Part shown: positions 34,099 through 38,723 of the stretch, in pieces
Numbering within the stretch: position 1 is the stretch's first letter
Layout: every line of letters starts with the position of its first letter
NCBI GenBank assembly: GCA_035430785.1
Contig: DAOMHE010000002.1
Location: 1-38,723, forward strand
Reading direction: 5' to 3'
DNA: 38,723 bases
Source: Spirochaetota bacterium
Lineage (GTDB): Bacteria; Spirochaetota; UBA4802; JAFGJZ01
The notes under the pieces: generated by a model
Databases searched by the model: none
Seen by the model: only the letters and a program-made list of their open reading frames with translations
What the model was told of the DNA's origin: nothing
Position numbers and translations under genes: made by a program

Positions 34099-34926
34099 AT
34101 GAAAACATTCAGATTGTTAACATTACTGCTTTTTGCTGTTTTTTCGGGTTTGGCGGTATTTTGGATAAATTCATCCGGAAAACCGGGCGGAGAATACTCG
34201 GAATCGTACAAGGAGCGCGAAAAAGAGAAAATTGACCGGTTATTCGCCGTTCCGATTCTTCTATATCATAATATTGACGGGAAGGGGCCTTTTTCGGTTA
34301 CGTCCGAACAGCTTAGAGAGCATTTCCGCCTTATCCGCGAAAGCGGGGTTGATGTCGTTCCGCTTCGTGATCTAGTAAGCCGGATAGAAAGCCGGACTCC
34401 TTACCAGAGAAAATCCGCTGTCATAACGTTTGATGACGGATATAAGTCGATGTATGACAAACTTCTTCCGATTGCGAAGGAATTCGGTTATCCCATGACT
34501 CTTTTTGTCTATATCGACTTTGTTCATCCGACATCAAAAAATCTTATCAGCTGGGATGAAATCCGCACGCTTGAAAGAGCCGGGATCGATGTTGAATCGC
34601 ATACTTACTCTCACGCCGATCTTGCAAAAATTCTGTCTTCCGACAGTCCTGATTCGTTCCGTAAACTGTTTAAGGAAATGTATCTTTCAAGAAGAATCAT
34701 TTCACTTGAGACCGGAAATGATTGCGAATTTATAGCATTTCCGTACGGCAATTATAATTCTTACTTGGTCAATATGGCGCGTCTTGCGGGTTATAAGAGG
34801 GCGTTTACAACAGAATACGGAATGAATCCCGTAACAAGGGATAATTTCTGTCTCAGGCGGCATCATATAAAAAGCAATTATTCGGCTAAACAGATTCAGT
34901 TGATTCTTGATCAGAGTGTTCCGTGA
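34099..34926 (+). CDS. Polysaccharide deacetylase (NodB homology, CE4), membrane-anchored
   Basis: N-terminal TM anchor. ITFDDGYKS (the DD metal/catalytic motif), HTYSH, and the later FPYG motif are present. Confidence 0.85.
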   Translation: MKTFRLLTLLLFAVFSGLAVFWINSSGKPGGEYSESYKEREKEKIDRLFAVPILLYHNIDGKGPFSVTSEQLREHFRLIRESGVDVVPLRDLVSRIESRTPYQRKSAVITFDDGYKSMYDKLLPIAKEFGYPMTLFVYIDFVHPTSKNLISWDEIRTLERAGIDVESHTYSHADLAKILSSDSPDSFRKLFKEMYLSRRIISLETGNDCEFIAFPYGNYNSYLVNMARLAGYKRAFTTEYGMNPVTRDNFCLRRHHIKSNYSAKQIQLILDQSVP

Positions 34927-35052
34927 GAATTTGTAAGCCTATTTCTTTGAAAAGAGCTGAAATAAAATGCTTTACAATAATTTGACAGGGATATTATTAT
35001 AGTTTATTCGGTTTTCGAACCAAATTCAAAAGATAAAGTTAAGGAGACTAAA

Positions 35053-35442
35053 ATGAAAAAAGCATTAGTATGCTTGGTTCTATTGGCAGTTGTTGCTGTT
35101 GCTGCTGCTTGCGAAACTGCACAGCCTAAAACTGCTCTCGGAGTTCTTTCTACAATCGTTGTAGATCCTTCATCTGCACAGATTGAAAAAGGAAATGTTT
35201 TCTCTTTTACAGCTAAAGGTCTTGATTCTGCAGGTAATCCTGTTGTTATCAACCCGACATGGTCTGTTGACAAAAAATTCGCAGGTATCATAACTCTTGT
35301 TAATCCTGTTGGTCCTAAAGCCGCTGTTAGAGCTAGAGCTGAAGGTGCTGCTGAACTTGTTGTTTCTCAGGGAGACATCAAAACTGTAGTTAATATCGAC
35401 GTTGCAGGTCCGGACAAGTTTACTTCTAGAACTTCTAAGTAA
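35053..35442 (+). CDS. Small lipoprotein with a bacterial Ig-like (Big_2) domain
   Basis: The lipobox is LLAVVAVAAAC. SSAQIEKGNVFSFTAKGLDSAGNPV...TWSV is Big_2-like. An AAGGAGA SD is present. It has a marked T-ending codon bias like flaB2. Confidence 0.75.
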   Translation: MKKALVCLVLLAVVAVAAACETAQPKTALGVLSTIVVDPSSAQIEKGNVFSFTAKGLDSAGNPVVINPTWSVDKKFAGIITLVNPVGPKAAVRARAEGAAELVVSQGDIKTVVNIDVAGPDKFTSRTSK

Positions 35443-35454
35443 TCAACGATAATC

Positions 35455-35478
35455 TCAGGGAGTGCTTGCGCTCCCTGA
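35455..35478 (+). terminator. Stem-loop after the Big_2 lipoprotein gene (weak T-tract)
   Basis: TCAGGGAG-tgcttgcg-CTCCCTGA. The downstream sequence is only moderately T-rich. Confidence 0.45.
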
Positions 35479-35501
35479 AATCCATTTCTAAAGATCTTTA
35501 A

Positions 35502-36479
35502 ATGAAAAAATTATTATTATGTGCTGTTACAGGCTTATTCTGCCTGGCGTTTAATTACGTCCGTGCGGATATTGAAGCGGATGCCGCGTCTCCTGTATTT
35601 TTTACTGAAATATGGGGTTATTTGATGAGCGGCGAAGAAAAATATTTTACTAAAAATTCTCCGGTTACGGATATAGGCTACTTCTCTGCAAAGGTATCGT
35701 TAGATGGATCTCTCCGTGGTGTGCCGGATGCATCAAAAATAAATCAATTCGGCAGAAGAGTTCATCTTGTCATAGCAGAGACATCTGATTATTCTCTGAC
35801 ACATTTTGTTCTGCGTCCTGATCTGCCGTTTCGTGCGGAGCTTTTGGACAGCATTGCCGTCAAGTCGAAGCCGTTCGCGGGAGTTCAGATAGATTTTGAG
35901 GCTGTTCGTCCGGCAGACAGAGATAATTTCATTTCTTTTCTTTATGAGCTGAAGGCGAAAATCAAAGAAAAGACTTTGAGTGTTGCCCTTCCGGCTAGAA
36001 GAAAAAAAGTTGATGATGCCTACGATTATGAAAAGATATCAAAGACTGTAGACCGTATAATTATTATGGCTTATGATGAGCATTGGAGCACGAGTAAACC
36101 CGGACCTGTCGCTTCAAACACATGGTGCCGTGAAGTTTCAGCTTATGCTGCGAAGCATGTACCGCAAGAAAAACTGGTTATGGGAATACCGTTTTACGGA
36201 AGAGCGTGGATTGATAAAAATCCGGCTAAAGCCTATATTAATCGCGGTGTCATGAATATTATCAGATCGAAGAATCTTCCGGTAAGCAGAACCGCTGACG
36301 GAATACCGAATGTCAGGTATACGGAAACTGTTGAAGTGTCTCTTTATTATGATGATGAGGAATCGCTTTGGGAAAAATTCGGGATATATAAAAATGCCGG
36401 AGCCGCAAAGATCGCTTTCTGGCGCATTGGTCAGGAGAATCCTGAAATCTGGCAAAAAATTTCTTCAGAAGAAAAATAA
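35502..36479 (+). CDS. Secreted glycoside hydrolase family 18 protein (YaaH/YdhD-like)
   Basis: Signal peptide present. GVQIDFE matches the GH18 DxxDxDxE catalytic strand, and IIMAYDEHW and GIPFYGRAW are GH18 strands. Confidence 0.8.
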   Translation: MKKLLLCAVTGLFCLAFNYVRADIEADAASPVFFTEIWGYLMSGEEKYFTKNSPVTDIGYFSAKVSLDGSLRGVPDASKINQFGRRVHLVIAETSDYSLTHFVLRPDLPFRAELLDSIAVKSKPFAGVQIDFEAVRPADRDNFISFLYELKAKIKEKTLSVALPARRKKVDDAYDYEKISKTVDRIIIMAYDEHWSTSKPGPVASNTWCREVSAYAAKHVPQEKLVMGIPFYGRAWIDKNPAKAYINRGVMNIIRSKNLPVSRTADGIPNVRYTETVEVSLYYDDEESLWEKFGIYKNAGAAKIAFWRIGQENPEIWQKISSEEK

Positions 36480-36499
36480 TTAAATCCGGCAGTTGACGT

Positions 36500-36530
36500 T
36501 TCTGCAGTCGATTGTATATTTACTGCAGAA
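36500..36530 (+). terminator. Perfect 9-bp stem-loop downstream of the GH18 gene (no T-tract)
   Basis: TTCTGCAGT-13 nt-ACTGCAGAA. Confidence 0.4.
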
Positions 36531-36569
36531 GCACACTGCGAGGTTTTAATGTCAGTATTCCCCGGCTTC

Positions 36570-36635
36570 AGTGCGGAAGAGGCGTGGCATAGATGCCGAA
36601 CGTACCTTGAGTACTAACTTCAGTCCTTCCGCACT
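36570..36635. other. Multi-stem structured element in a convergent intergenic region
   Basis: AGTGCGGAAG (36570-36579) pairs with CTTCCGCACT (36626-36635). The pair encloses two small hairpins: CGTGGCA-taga-TGCCgaACG and GTAC-cttga-GTAC. Confidence 0.3.
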
Positions 36636-36664
36636 CTTCAAATTATATTTAAAATTGTTTGTGT

Positions 36665-37510
36665 TTATTTGTCAGGTATAGCGAGTTCTTTCCCTATTTC
36701 ATACATCACGTACTCTTTTTCCTGCTGGTTCCAATCTCGTATAAATCCGATTTTTAGCTTGTTCGGGCTTATCCATTCTGCAGATCTGAAGATTATCCTG
36801 AAGAAATTCTTAGAATATATTTTATTCAGTACGCCTTTTTCAAACTTATATATTTCAAGAATTCCTGATCCGCCTGGTTCATAATAATATACGCTGGCAA
36901 TATAATTGTTCTGCGGTGAAATGTAAATTTCTCCGGGAATTTTTAATTTGTTTCCGTTATCGGCATTTACGAGTATTATTTCCGGATAGGAGTCATTAGA
37001 TCCGCCGTAGAAATATTTGACGAATTGAAAAAAATTAATTCCTTTGTGAAATTTTTGAAATTCATGAAAAGTGCAGTCAAAATCATTTTTTGATAGGTCA
37101 AAATTAGTATTTGGAAGTAATATTTTCTTTCCGTCTCCTGTTGCTATTGTATATCCTTCATATGTATTGGAAATGATATTTTCATACTCTTTATCCGGCG
37201 GGGAGCTTAGAGAAACGGCACCTCCGAAAACCCAGGCGGTTTTCCCATTATAGGATATTTTATACCATGGAGCAGATATATCTTTGTCCTTGATTTTGGC
37301 TGTGGTTTTTGTTTTTGAGATACTGAGTATTTGAACTTTTTCGGATTTAGATATAACTCCAATAACAGAAGATTTAAGATTCGGCTCGCTTCTGAGTCTT
37401 AAATCACTTACAATAGTGTATCCGTAGATGTGATAATCTTTTAATTCATCTTCCGGTTTAATCAATGCAGGAATTGAAAAAAGAATAATTAAAATAATTA
37501 AATGTTTCAT
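36665..37510 (-). CDS. Secreted protein with N-terminal SH3b-like domain
   Basis: The signal peptide is MKHLIILIILFSIPALI. GYTIVSDLRLRSEPNLKSSVIGVISKSEKVQIL...WYKISYNGKTAWVFGGAV fits the bacterial SH3 pattern. The C-terminal 170 aa are unassigned. Confidence 0.6.
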   Translation of the reverse strand: MKHLIILIILFSIPALIKPEDELKDYHIYGYTIVSDLRLRSEPNLKSSVIGVISKSEKVQILSISKTKTTAKIKDKDISAPWYKISYNGKTAWVFGGAVSLSSPPDKEYENIISNTYEGYTIATGDGKKILLPNTNFDLSKNDFDCTFHEFQKFHKGINFFQFVKYFYGGSNDSYPEIILVNADNGNKLKIPGEIYISPQNNYIASVYYYEPGGSGILEIYKFEKGVLNKIYSKNFFRIIFRSAEWISPNKLKIGFIRDWNQQEKEYVMYEIGKELAIPDK

Positions 37511-37623
37511 TTGATAATTTTGTAAGAATGATTTAATAAATCAAGTCAAAAACCGTTTGAGAAATGCAGTATGGATTAAAATAAAATACTTGTGCTGAAA
37601 TATTAGAAAATTTTAAATTAGGC

Positions 37624-38106
37624 ATGAAGATTAAACTCAGGCAAGAAGAGCTTTTGTGTTCGAATTGCGGGAAGCCGAGAACATTCTATTATTTATCAGA
37701 TTATTCCTATGGCGAAAGACTTGTTTTAATTAATCATGGAACAGGCTATGCCTACATGAATATGATTGAAGATGCTGTTTATGATGATTTCAGCGTTTTG
37801 CTGAAGTGCATACTTGATGAAAGAAGCATAGTTCTTACACAGTCTGTTTTTGCGGAAGTATTGAATTCATTATTCGGAATTGCCTGTGATAATATTGGCG
37901 GAGTTCCGATTGACTTTTCGTATAGTATGGAAAAATGTTTGAGCTGCGGTTCGGTAAAATTTGATTCTGAATTTGTTGGTGCAGAAAAGATTGCGGAAGT
38001 CGATTTGCCGGTTGTAACGCATGAGTCGTGGAATCTTTTAAATGACGAAGAAAAACGTAATGCAATCAAGGAATTATTGGATAAGTTCAAATCTGCAAGA
38101 AATTAA
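37624..38106 (+). CDS. Hypothetical protein with two distant CxxC pairs (split zinc-ribbon-like)
   Basis: 160 aa with CSNCG at residues 12-16 and CLSCG at 105-109. I recognise no family. Confidence 0.55.
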   Translation: MKIKLRQEELLCSNCGKPRTFYYLSDYSYGERLVLINHGTGYAYMNMIEDAVYDDFSVLLKCILDERSIVLTQSVFAEVLNSLFGIACDNIGGVPIDFSYSMEKCLSCGSVKFDSEFVGAEKIAEVDLPVVTHESWNLLNDEEKRNAIKELLDKFKSARN

Positions 38107-38186
38107 ATAATGTCCGGACAGTTACTTATTTTATATAATATGCTTTTCAATATTGAAAAAGTTAGAATTTTTGCCGGGGTAATTAT

Positions 38187-38441
38187 ATGAACAGAATCGA
38201 AGCAAAAATGATAATTGAGAATGAGAAACTGACTGGATTCAATTGGAATGAAAACAGATATTATAATGAAAATGAAGTCGGGATAAAATTTGCAGATAAT
38301 GTCTGGTTAACTTATGCTACAGATGAAAGAGCAAGTGTGATTACAGGATCAATTAAAGAATTCGATTCCGAAGAGGAAGCATTGGATGATTTTATCTGCC
38401 GGTTGAGAGCGGACAAGGTATTGCGTGATATTGTTGGTTGA
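38187..38441 (+). CDS. Small acidic hypothetical protein
   Basis: 84-aa ORF with GGGG upstream. I recognise no domain. Confidence 0.5.
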   Translation: MNRIEAKMIIENEKLTGFNWNENRYYNENEVGIKFADNVWLTYATDERASVITGSIKEFDSEEEALDDFICRLRADKVLRDIVG

Positions 38442-38485
38442 CAAAAGTGTATGCAGTTCATAATAGCATCCGGCGGTGCAAAAAA

Positions 38486-38723
38486 ATGAAAAAAAATTTT
38501 GCCGAGTATTCGGCCTTTTTTATATTTAAGGCGGTTGTGTTTCCGCTTTCGTGGTTCATTCCTCTATTTCTTGAACAGAAGGGGATTACCGGAATCTATA
38601 CCGGGATATTGATGGCGGAAGTTCCGCTTGTCAGCTTTCTTCTCGCATTTCCTTCCGGAATAATAAATGACAGGGTTGAATCGAGAAAACTTATTCTATT
38701 TGCTTTTCTGCTTCTTTCGGGAT
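38486..38723 (+). CDS. N-terminal fragment of a membrane transporter (MFS-like), runs off the window
   Basis: ATG 38486 opens a frame to the window end: MKKNFAEYSAFFIFKAVVFPLSWFIPLFLEQKGITGIYTGILMAEVPLVSFLLAFPSGIINDRVESRKLILFAFLLLSG. It has two or three TM helices and a G..NDR loop like MFS motif A. It is absent from the ORF track because it has no stop in the window. Confidence 0.55.
   Translation, partial: MKKNFAEYSAFFIFKAVVFPLSWFIPLFLEQKGITGIYTGILMAEVPLVSFLLAFPSGIINDRVESRKLILFAFLLLSG

Noticed and set aside
1-38723. A window-wide search by eye for CRISPR arrays, IS elements or transposases, integrases, rRNA, a tRNA-flanking direct repeat (island att site), and toxin-antitoxin or known defence genes.
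   Set aside because: I found no regularly spaced direct repeats, no transposase, integrase or recombinase-like ORFs, no rRNA-like sequence, and no second copy of the tRNA-Leu 3' end.

Overview
This looks like a spirochaete chromosomal segment, most likely Treponema-like. The evidence is two FlaB-type core flagellins, a bactofilin gene, and spirochaete-style lipoboxes. It is gene-dense and mostly housekeeping or envelope-related.

Core genes:
- class A PBP
- tRNA-Leu(GAG)
- S41 tail-specific protease
- GT2 glycosyltransferase
- metG, holB and a ricT/PSP1 gene
- a DUF327 (YaaR-like) gene
- lrgAB

Regulators and signalling genes:
- AraC, MocR and TetR family regulators
- a c-di-GMP neighbourhood around the second flagellin: HD-GYP, flaB, REC-GAF-GGDEF, and a soluble LacI-fold sensor kinase

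I found no CRISPR array, rRNA, transposase, integrase or recognisable phage or defence module.

The least explained content, in my order of interest:
1. A translationally coupled pair of paralogs (signal peptide + TPR + predicted beta-barrel), followed by a secreted orphan protein behind a sigma28-like promoter.
2. The cytoplasmic sugar-binding-fold kinase feeding a diguanylate cyclase next to flaB.
3. CsrA-type GGA hairpins in both flagellin leaders, plus a shared roughly 24-nt element that would make the flaB1 3' UTR complementary to the flaB2 upstream region.
4. A long, hairpin-dense, ORF-free 573-bp region upstream of flaB2.
5. An AT-rich block of orphan genes at the 3' end of the window.

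All functional calls come from reading the translated sequences and recalling motifs. No searches were run.
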